DNA of 64,000 bases from Minisyncoccota bacterium (GTDB lineage: Bacteria; Patescibacteriota; Minisyncoccia; Phycocordibacterales; Phycocordibacteraceae), in assembly GCA_041660025.1 (NCBI GenBank), contig JBAZXD010000001.1, forward strand, positions 40,059 through 104,058. The letters run 5' to 3'. The position numbers and the translations under genes are program-made. The notes beneath the pieces were generated by a model. It was given only the letters and a program-made list of their open reading frames with translations. It did not search any database and was not told where the DNA came from. How positions within the stretch are numbered: position 1 is the first letter of the stretch; the number at the start of each line of letters is the position of its first letter. Of the stretch, positions 56,769-64,000 are shown piece by piece.

Positions 56769-57872
56769 ATGTCGTTCCTCTCCGATCTCTTTGTGAAAAA
56801 GGAAAAGAGCGTTCTGGGTGTCGATATCGGCTCCTCCTCTTTGAAGGTGGTCCAATTGCGCAAGGAGCGCGGGCAGGCAGTGCTTGAGACGTACGGCGAA
56901 CTCTCGCTCGGTCCCTATGGCGGGGGAGAGATCGGCCAGGCGACGAACCTCTCCGCCGAACAGATCGCCGAAACCTTGAAGGACCTCCTGCGCGAAGCGA
57001 AGGTGACCACGAAGAATTGCGGCGTCTCGATACCCTACGCGCGCTCGCTCCTCACGCTCGTTCAGCTACCGTACCGTGTCGATGCGAAGGAACAGAAGAC
57101 CGTCATCGAGCTTGAGGCGCGCAAATATATTCCGGTACCCGTTGCCGAAGTACAGCTCGATTGGTTCATCGTCCCGCAGATGAGTCCCGCACAATCGGTC
57201 GCGGGCGTCGCCGGCTCGCAGCCTCCCGCCCAAGGGGGGACTGTCGACGTCCTGCTCGTCGCCGTCCACAATGACGAACTCACCCTGCTTCAGAAGATTG
57301 TTGCCACGGCGAATCTCGCGGCCAGCTTCTACGAGATCGAGATATTCAGTACCATCCGGGCGGCGGTTGAGGATCCGGTGAAGCCGGTCATGGTGCTTGA
57401 TATTGGCGCCGCATCGACGAAAGTATATGTCGTCGAACACGGCGTGGTGGCGCTCTCGCACGCGATAAGCGCGGGGAGCCAGGACATCACACGCGCTATC
57501 GCGATCTCCGGCAATATGCCCATCGCCCAAGCCGAAGCGCTGAAGAAGAGGGAGGGACTCGGAGAGAGCGGTGCGCTCGGGAGCCCCGAACTCGTGTTCT
57601 CGCGCATCTTCTCCGAGGTGCGTCGTGTCTTGATGCAGTACGAGACGGCGCACAAGAAATCGGTCACTTCTATCATATTCACCGGTGGTGGCGGGATCAC
57701 GAAAGAGCTCGGTGTTTATGCGAAAAAAGTTTTCTCGATCGACGTGCACATCGCGAACCCCTTCGCGAAGACCGAGGCGCCGGCCTTCATGCGCCCGGTC
57801 CTCGAGGAGATCGGTCCCGAGTTCGCCGTGGCGGTCGGTCTCGCGCTCCGCAAGCTCGAAGAGATAGGATGA
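56769..57872 (+). CDS. pilM: type IV pilus assembly protein PilM (actin-like ATPase fold)
   Basis: VLGVDIGSSSLKVVQL...VLDIGAASTKVYVVEHG...IIFTGGGG. ATG at 56769 inside the longer track ORF. Confidence 0.8.
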   Translation: MSFLSDLFVKKEKSVLGVDIGSSSLKVVQLRKERGQAVLETYGELSLGPYGGGEIGQATNLSAEQIAETLKDLLREAKVTTKNCGVSIPYARSLLTLVQLPYRVDAKEQKTVIELEARKYIPVPVAEVQLDWFIVPQMSPAQSVAGVAGSQPPAQGGTVDVLLVAVHNDELTLLQKIVATANLAASFYEIEIFSTIRAAVEDPVKPVMVLDIGAASTKVYVVEHGVVALSHAISAGSQDITRAIAISGNMPIAQAEALKKREGLGESGALGSPELVFSRIFSEVRRVLMQYETAHKKSVTSIIFTGGGGITKELGVYAKKVFSIDVHIANPFAKTEAPAFMRPVLEEIGPEFAVAVGLALRKLEEIG

Positions 57873-57929
57873 CGTTTTGCACAGCGTTCCGGCGTGACGC
57901 TTGCGCTGATAGCGTATACTGAAAGAGAA

Positions 57930-58553
57930 ATGGCTCTTCCTCCCACGATACCAACCTCGTTCGTTCCGCACGCGACCTCCGCGCCCGCGCGTCGGTTCCG
58001 CACCGACCTTGTCGGCGCATTCGGTTTTTTCACATACGCGGTTCTCGGCATCACTTTCGTGCTTGCTCTCGGCGTATTCTTCTACGGCCGCATTCTCGCG
58101 TCGAACAAGGCCGCGAAGGATGCAGAGCTCGCAGCCGCCCAGGCGAACATCGACCCGGCGACCGTGGAGAACTTCGTCCGCCTGCGCGACCGCCTCACCT
58201 CGAGCAATTCGCTCCTCGCGAAGCACGCCTCCTTCTCCAGCTTCTTCTCCTCGCTCGAGAAACTCCTCCCCGCGAGCGTCCGCTTCACGTCGCTCCACCT
58301 CTCGCAGAGCGATATCGGTATGCCGAAGATGGAGGGCGTCGGCACCGCGAAGAGCTTCAACGCCCTTGCGTCGGCGTCGAACGCCTTTGCGACCGACGGA
58401 CGGATCAAGGACGCTATCTTCTCGAACATAAGCGTCAACCGGGATGGCTCGGTCTCGTTCGTTCTCTCGGCGACGCTTGATCCGAAGATCATCGCTTTTT
58501 CACCGGCCGCCGCACTGACCGATGACGCGGGAACGCCCGCCCCACTGCCATGA
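57930..58553 (+). CDS. pilN: PilN-like type IV pilus assembly protein
   Basis: Single TM (FGFFTYAVLGITFVLALGVFFY) then coiled-coil then periplasmic domain. Position after pilM. Start may be 57894. Confidence 0.55.
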   Translation: MALPPTIPTSFVPHATSAPARRFRTDLVGAFGFFTYAVLGITFVLALGVFFYGRILASNKAAKDAELAAAQANIDPATVENFVRLRDRLTSSNSLLAKHASFSSFFSSLEKLLPASVRFTSLHLSQSDIGMPKMEGVGTAKSFNALASASNAFATDGRIKDAIFSNISVNRDGSVSFVLSATLDPKIIAFSPAAALTDDAGTPAPLP

Positions 58554-59110
58554 ACGACCGGATCCTCCCGCTCATCGCGCTCGCCATTGCTCTCGGCATA
58601 TTCTTTACCTACGTGAGCCCGACCTGGTCCGGCTCGATCGCAGCAGCGAAAGAAGCCATCGCGCTCGACGATAAAGCGCTCGCCGCGGCGAAACAATACA
58701 CGGAACAACAAAATGCGCTTGCCTCGGCGCGCAATGCTATCGATCCTGCGAATCTCGCGCGCCTTTCTGTCTTCTTGCCCGATTCGGTCGATAACGTCGG
58801 GCTCATCTTGGACCTGAACGCGCTCGCGGCGCGCTCGGGATTCTCGCTCTCTAATATCGACGTGGTCTCGAATACCGCGGCCGCTGCGAAGACACCGGCG
58901 CAAAAGGGATTGCCGGCGGCAGGGGTAAGCCCGGTAGGCTCGATCGACCTCTCGCTCTCCGCGGTTGGGACCTACGCGGCGCTCCAGTTGTTCCTCGCCG
59001 GCGTTGAAAGGAGCGCACGTTTCCTCGACGTCCGTGACATCCTTGTGAAGGGCTCCGAAACGGGTGTCTACAATTACCAGATGACGCTGCGCCTCTACTG
59101 GCTCCGCTAG
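58550..59110 (+). CDS. pilO: PilO-like type IV pilus assembly protein
   Basis: N-terminal TM, coiled-coil, C-terminal domain. Overlaps the pilN stop. Confidence 0.6.
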   Translation: MNDRILPLIALAIALGIFFTYVSPTWSGSIAAAKEAIALDDKALAAAKQYTEQQNALASARNAIDPANLARLSVFLPDSVDNVGLILDLNALAARSGFSLSNIDVVSNTAAAAKTPAQKGLPAAGVSPVGSIDLSLSAVGTYAALQLFLAGVERSARFLDVRDILVKGSETGVYNYQMTLRLYWLR

Positions 59111-59131
59111 CCGCTGAGCGCACTATCCCCT

Positions 59132-59437
59132 ATGAAAATCGACTCCAACACCACGCTCATCGTCATCGCGACACTCATCGTCGCGGCCGGTGCGTACTGG
59201 TATTTCTTTACCGGAACGGGGAATCAGCCGCCCTTGACCGCCACGACCGTTACCGAAAACGAGGCGCAGATGCGATTCCAGGCGCTTGTCAGCGAACTGC
59301 AGCCCATATCGTTTGACACGAGCATCTTCTCGAACCCGCGCTTCCTGTCGCTCACCGATCTGACGACACCGATCACGCCAGAGTCGTCCGGCCGCCTTGA
59401 CCCATTCGCCTCCATCATCGGCGTAAGCGCAAAATGA
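59132..59437 (+). CDS. small membrane-anchored hypothetical protein (possible PilP-like accessory)
   Basis: TM helix LIVIATLIVAAGAYWYFF then ~70 aa. Position between pilO and pilB. Confidence 0.35.
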   Translation: MKIDSNTTLIVIATLIVAAGAYWYFFTGTGNQPPLTATTVTENEAQMRFQALVSELQPISFDTSIFSNPRFLSLTDLTTPITPESSGRLDPFASIIGVSAK

Positions 59438-59440
59438 GTA

Positions 59441-61225
59441 ATGAACTTTCTCGAATTACTGGTTGACAAAGGGCTCATTTCCAAAAGCGATCGCGCCGCG
59501 GTCGAAGCAGAACTCGCCAAAGGACGTCCGTTCGCCGACGTGCTCGCCGAGCGCGGCATTTCGCTTGAGAGCGCGCTCGCCGAGGCCGCAAAGCCGTATG
59601 GCATCCCTTCCCGCGTGCTCGGCGACCCTCCCGCCGCCCAAGAGGTGTTCGCCTATGTGCCGATCGATTCTGCTCGCCATTACGGATTCGTGCCGCTCGA
59701 TATCAAGGAGGGCGCGCTCGAGGTCGGCATCATCGACCCCGACAACATCGAGGCGCTCGACGCCCTGCAATTCATCTCCGGGAAGATCGGGATGCCATAC
59801 AAGATATTTCTCATCACGAAACAGGATTTCGACCGGGTGATCGACGCCTACCAGAATCTCTCGGGCGAGATCGGCAAGGCGCTTTCCGAATACGAAACGA
59901 CGACGACGCCGGTCGCGGAAGAGCGTCACGCCGGTAGCCCATCCGCCGTCGAGGAAACCTCGGTGCTGGATGAAGAAACGCTCGGTCTTACCGGCCCGCA
60001 CGAGACGCTCAAGGAGGATGCGCCGGTGACAAAGATCGTCTCGACGATATTGCGATACGCCATCGAGCAGCATTCTTCCGACGTTCATATCGAACCTTCA
60101 TCCGAGAGGACGCGCGTCCGCTTCCGTATGGACGGCGACCTGCACACCTCGCTTGAATTACCGGCGAAGGTGCATGAAGCGGTCGTCGCGCGCATCAAGA
60201 TCCTCGCGAAATTGCGCCTCGACGAGAAGCGCAAGCCGCAGGACGGACGCTTCTCGGCGAGCGTCGAGAAGCGGAGCATCGATTTCCGCGTTTCCACCTT
60301 CCCGACGGAATACGGCGAGAAGGTCGTGATGCGCATCCTCGACCAGTCGGATGCGACCGCGACGCTCGAATCCGTCGGGCTCTCGGCCGCCCAGCTCGTC
60401 GAGGTCCGCGAGATGATGAAGGTCCCGTACGGGATCATTCTCATCGCGGGACCGACCGGCTCGGGTAAGTCGACAACGCTTTTCGCGATGCTCTCCGAGA
60501 CCGACCGCGAAACGGAGAACGTCGTGTCGCTCGAGGACCCGGTCGAGTATGAGATCCCCGGCGTCGCGCAGAGCCAGATGCGTCCCGAGATCGGTTACAC
60601 GTTCGCGAGCGGTCTCCGCTCCGTCCTGCGCCAGGACCCGGATATCATTATGGTCGGCGAGATCCGCGACAAGGAGACCGCGGTACTCGCGGTGCAGGCC
60701 GCGCTCACCGGCCACCTCGTATTCTCCACCATCCATACCAACACGGCGGTCGGCGCGATCCCGCGCCTCATCGATATGGGGGTCGACCCATTCCTCATCG
60801 CGCCGACACTCGTTTCCGTCATCGGTCAGCGGCTCGTCCGGAAGCTCTGTCCCGGGGCAGGGAAGCCGTTCCCGATCAAGGACAGCATCAAGGAATTCCT
60901 CGATCGGCAATTCGCCGACCTGCCCGAAGAACATCGCCGCGCCCTGCCACCGTTCAAGAATTTTTATCACGCGAGCCCGACGGAGGATTGTCCGAACGGC
61001 ACGCGCGGCCGTACCGGCGTCTTCGAAATACTGAAAATGGATAAGACGCTCGAGCAGGTCGTGCTCAAGGAGCCGGTCGAAGAGAAGGTCTTTGCCACCG
61101 CGCGCGCGAACGGTATGCTCACGATGCGTGAGGACGCCATTATGAAAGCGCTTGCGGGCGAGATCCCCTTCGAAGAGATCAACACGCTCGGCGGCGAACT
61201 TTTCCCCGAGGGCGCCCCTGCTTGA
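59441..61225 (+). CDS. pilB: type IV pilus assembly ATPase PilB (GspE family)
   Basis: N-terminal GspII-like domains, Walker A GPTGSGKST, Asp box, Walker B DPDIIMVGEIRD, His box LVFSTIHTN. Confidence 0.9.
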   Translation: MNFLELLVDKGLISKSDRAAVEAELAKGRPFADVLAERGISLESALAEAAKPYGIPSRVLGDPPAAQEVFAYVPIDSARHYGFVPLDIKEGALEVGIIDPDNIEALDALQFISGKIGMPYKIFLITKQDFDRVIDAYQNLSGEIGKALSEYETTTTPVAEERHAGSPSAVEETSVLDEETLGLTGPHETLKEDAPVTKIVSTILRYAIEQHSSDVHIEPSSERTRVRFRMDGDLHTSLELPAKVHEAVVARIKILAKLRLDEKRKPQDGRFSASVEKRSIDFRVSTFPTEYGEKVVMRILDQSDATATLESVGLSAAQLVEVREMMKVPYGIILIAGPTGSGKSTTLFAMLSETDRETENVVSLEDPVEYEIPGVAQSQMRPEIGYTFASGLRSVLRQDPDIIMVGEIRDKETAVLAVQAALTGHLVFSTIHTNTAVGAIPRLIDMGVDPFLIAPTLVSVIGQRLVRKLCPGAGKPFPIKDSIKEFLDRQFADLPEEHRRALPPFKNFYHASPTEDCPNGTRGRTGVFEILKMDKTLEQVVLKEPVEEKVFATARANGMLTMREDAIMKALAGEIPFEEINTLGGELFPEGAPA

Positions 61226-61252
61226 CGCGACCGCGTAGTATACTGGCGAGTA

Positions 61253-61645
61253 ATGGCGTACCGCGTGTATCTTGTCGACGACGATAGGTTCCTGCTCGAA
61301 CTCTATGCGGTCAAGTTCAGAAATGCCGGTCACGAGGTGACTGTGTTCGGGAGCGGCGAAGACCTTCTCGCGGCGCTCCGGAAGGAAGATGCGCCGCCGC
61401 CGGATGCGATACTGCTCGACCTTATTATGCCCGGCGTGGGCGGGTTCGAAGCGCTCGAGACGATACGGAAGGAACAGCTCGCGAAAACCTCGAAGATCAT
61501 CATCCTCTCGAACCAGGGCCAGGATTCTGACATCGAGAACGCGAAAAAATTGTCCGCTGACGGTTACATCATAAAAGCGTCCGCGATCCCTTCGGAAGTG
61601 CTCGCAGAAACGCTGCGCACCATCGAGTCAGAGATCGCTCGTTGA
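61253..61645 (+). CDS. single-domain response regulator (CheY-like receiver)
   Basis: VYLVDDD...ILLDLIMPGVGGFEALETIRK...IILSNQG...DGYIIKA. Confidence 0.8.
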   Translation: MAYRVYLVDDDRFLLELYAVKFRNAGHEVTVFGSGEDLLAALRKEDAPPPDAILLDLIMPGVGGFEALETIRKEQLAKTSKIIILSNQGQDSDIENAKKLSADGYIIKASAIPSEVLAETLRTIESEIAR

Positions 61646-61652
61646 ATACTAT

Positions 61653-62714
61653 ATGGCTACGGACAAACATCTCGAAGAACTTCTCGACATCGTCATCGCC
61701 CAGGGCGGTTCCGATCTCCACATCTTCGCCGGAGGTTCTCCGATGCTCCGCGTGTCCGGCACGCTCGTTCCTCTCACGAAGTATTCTGCGCTTTCTCCCG
61801 AAGGGACCGAGGCGATGCTCAAGAGCATCGTACCTCCTGATCGCTGGTCATCCTTCCTCGCCAACCAGACGATCGATCTCTCGTACGCACACAAGGTTGA
61901 CGCGCGATTCCGCGTCAACGGCTATCGCGTACAGGGGACGACCGCGCTCGCGCTTCGGCTCATCCCGCGCACCATCCACACCTTCACCGAGCTGAATCTT
62001 CCGTCCGTGCTCGAAGTATTTACCCAGCGCGCACAGGGGTTCTTCCTCGTCGTCGGTCCGGTAGGGCAGGGCAAGTCGACCACGCTCGCCACGATGATCG
62101 ACCGCATCAATGAGACTCGCGCCGAACACATCCTCACCATCGAGGACCCGGTCGAATACCTCTTCACACCGAAGAAGTCGCTCATTCATCAGCGCGAGGT
62201 CTACATTGACGCGCCCGATTTCCATACGGCGCTCCAGAGCTCGTTCCGCGAAGACGTGGACGTCATTATGGTTGGCGAGATGCGCGACTACGAGACCATT
62301 TCCTCCGCGGTGACCGCCGCCGAGACCGGCCATCTCGTGTTCTCCACGCTCCACACCAATAACGCCGCACAGACCATCGACCGCATTATCGACATGTTCC
62401 CGGCCGAGCAGCAGTCCCAGGTGCGCGTACAGCTGGCGGGGAGCCTTGCGGGCATCTTCTCGCAGAGGCTCATCCCGCGGGTCTCGGGCGGGCTCATCCC
62501 GGCATACGAGCTCCTCATCAACAACAACGCGGTGAGTACGCTCATCCGCGACGGGCGCAGTCAGGAGATCAGCGCAGTGATCCAGACCTCGTCGCAGGAG
62601 GGGATGATCGATATGGATCGCTCGCTCGCCGAGCTCGTACAGAAGGGCGAGGTGACGGTCGAACACGCCTACGAGCATTCGATGGATCCCAAGACCTTCG
62701 AGCGTTATCTGTAA
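61653..62714 (+). CDS. pilT: twitching-motility (retraction) ATPase PilT
   Basis: Walker A GPVGQGKSTT, LTIEDPVEY, DVIMVGEMRD, LVFSTLHTNNA. Confidence 0.9.
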   Translation: MATDKHLEELLDIVIAQGGSDLHIFAGGSPMLRVSGTLVPLTKYSALSPEGTEAMLKSIVPPDRWSSFLANQTIDLSYAHKVDARFRVNGYRVQGTTALALRLIPRTIHTFTELNLPSVLEVFTQRAQGFFLVVGPVGQGKSTTLATMIDRINETRAEHILTIEDPVEYLFTPKKSLIHQREVYIDAPDFHTALQSSFREDVDVIMVGEMRDYETISSAVTAAETGHLVFSTLHTNNAAQTIDRIIDMFPAEQQSQVRVQLAGSLAGIFSQRLIPRVSGGLIPAYELLINNNAVSTLIRDGRSQEISAVIQTSSQEGMIDMDRSLAELVQKGEVTVEHAYEHSMDPKTFERYL

Positions 62715-62717
62715 AAT

Positions 62718-63923
62718 ATGCTTTTTAAATATCACGCCATCGACCAGGACGGCTACGAGCGGGACGGGACCATCGAGGCGCCGTCGCAGGAGGTGGCCGT
62801 CTCCGCTCTCCAGCGGCGCAATCTTATCGTCTCGGCGATCGATTCTGCCGAGAAGCGTTCCCTGCTCGAGCTCAATTTTTCATTCTTCGGGCGGGTTTCC
62901 AACAAGGACGTCGTGATCCTTTCGCGGCAGATAGCGACGCTCTTTGAGGCGCAGGTCTCCGCGCTCCGCATCTTTCGTCTCCTGGCCGCCGAGGTCGACA
63001 ATAAGCAGTTGGCGACCGTCCTCTCTTCCGTCGGCGACGACCTGCAGGGCGGCAGTCCCATCAGCTCGGCGCTCGGGCGGCACCCGAAGGTCTTCTCGGT
63101 GTTCTATGTGAATATGGTTCGCGCGGGCGAAGAATCGGGCAAACTGTCGGAAACGTTCGTGTACCTCGCCGACTATCTCGACCGCACGTACGACGTTGTC
63201 AGCAAGGCCGAGAATGCCCTCATCTACCCGATATTCGTCATCGTCGTCTTCTTCGGCGTGATGGCGCTGATGCTTACCCTCGTCATCCCGAAGATCAGCG
63301 CCGTACTCATTGATTCCGGACAGGCGGTACCGGTGTACACCGCGATCGTCATCGGATTTTCGAATTTCCTCGTGCACTACGGGATATTCGTACTTATCGC
63401 GCTTGTCGGGCTCGGGTTCTATGCGTGGCAGTTGAGTAAGACCGAGCGCGGCCGACTCGTGCTCGACAGCCTCAAGCTCTCGGTGCCGTATGTAGGCGAT
63501 CTCTACAAGAAGCTCTATCTCGCCCGCATCGCGGACAACTTCTCCACGATGCTCCTCTCCGGCGTTGCCGTTGTCGAGGCGATCGAGATTACCGGCTCGG
63601 TCGTGGATAACGCCGCGTACAGGATCGTGCTTGAAACCGTGGGGAGGGATGTGAAGGGCGGGTCTTCGATCTCAGACGCGCTTGGCAAGCATGCGGAGAT
63701 ACCGGGCATTATGGTCGCGATGACGAAAGTCGGCGAGGAGACCGGCGAGCTCGGCAAGATCCTCACGACACTGGCCAAGTTCTACAACCGCGAGGTGACG
63801 AACGCTGTCGACACGCTCGTCGGTCTCATCGAGCCGATCATGATCGTCCTTCTCGGTCTCGGCGTCGGCACGCTACTCGCCGCCGTCCTGCTCCCGATAT
63901 ATAACCTCGCCGGCTCTATTTGA
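62718..63923 (+). CDS. pilC: type IV pilus inner-membrane platform protein PilC (GspF family)
   Basis: Two GspF repeats (VFYVNMVRAGEESGKL; MVAMTKVGEETGELG) and three TM helices. Confidence 0.9.
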   Translation: MLFKYHAIDQDGYERDGTIEAPSQEVAVSALQRRNLIVSAIDSAEKRSLLELNFSFFGRVSNKDVVILSRQIATLFEAQVSALRIFRLLAAEVDNKQLATVLSSVGDDLQGGSPISSALGRHPKVFSVFYVNMVRAGEESGKLSETFVYLADYLDRTYDVVSKAENALIYPIFVIVVFFGVMALMLTLVIPKISAVLIDSGQAVPVYTAIVIGFSNFLVHYGIFVLIALVGLGFYAWQLSKTERGRLVLDSLKLSVPYVGDLYKKLYLARIADNFSTMLLSGVAVVEAIEITGSVVDNAAYRIVLETVGRDVKGGSSISDALGKHAEIPGIMVAMTKVGEETGELGKILTTLAKFYNREVTNAVDTLVGLIEPIMIVLLGLGVGTLLAAVLLPIYNLAGSI

Positions 63924-64000
63924 GGGTTGTCCACACCCGTATTCCCATATCGGGTGCTATGCCGTACAATTTAGCTATTAACCGCACAATATTCACTATG

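Noticed and set aside
57066-58298. 410-aa minus-strand ORF
   Set aside because: Antisense to pilM/pilN; shadow ORF.
60158-61333. 391-aa minus-strand ORF
   Set aside because: Antisense to pilB; shadow ORF.
61848-62735. 295-aa minus-strand ORF
   Set aside because: Antisense to pilT; shadow ORF.

Overview
This is a high-GC bacterial chromosomal segment (third codon positions are overwhelmingly G/C). It has a Patescibacteria/CPR-like flavour, which is an inference from the missing L30 gene in the spc cluster, extended ribosomal proteins and many small envelope proteins. The backbone runs: partial XerC/XerD-like recombinase, rpsO, NYN-domain gene, DksA-like, ComM-like, M23/LysM peptidase, UvrD/PcrA helicase, rsmA, a four-gene envelope operon, then the str operon (rpsL-rpsG-fusA-tuf). 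After that comes a near-complete S10/spc cluster (rpsJ to rplO, secY, adk, map) plus ndk, a beta-CASP RNase, rplT-rpmI-infC on the minus strand, a secreted PLD-family nuclease, DedA, VKOR, nth, a mutY-like gene, an MFS transporter, RNase J, an SBP, secG, groES-groEL, a MacAB-like ABC efflux set, tRNA-Ser(GCU), and a competence/type IV pilus cluster (comF, pilM-N-O, pilB, response regulator, pilT, pilC). The three most notable accessory signals: (1) a ~1.5 kb AT-rich islet inserted into the 3' end of the NYN gene, bounded by 55-bp direct repeats that differ only at synonymous codon positions and carrying a TrmB-like regulator and an unknown divergent partner gene; (2) a three-copy family of ~70-90 nt structured intergenic elements with conserved flanks and fully covarying internal hairpins (between rpsG and fusA, and twice near tRNA-Ser); (3) a tightly coupled four-gene operon of secreted and polytopic membrane proteins with VirB6/TrbL-like topology and no ATPase partner in the window. 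No CRISPR array and no rRNA gene were seen.
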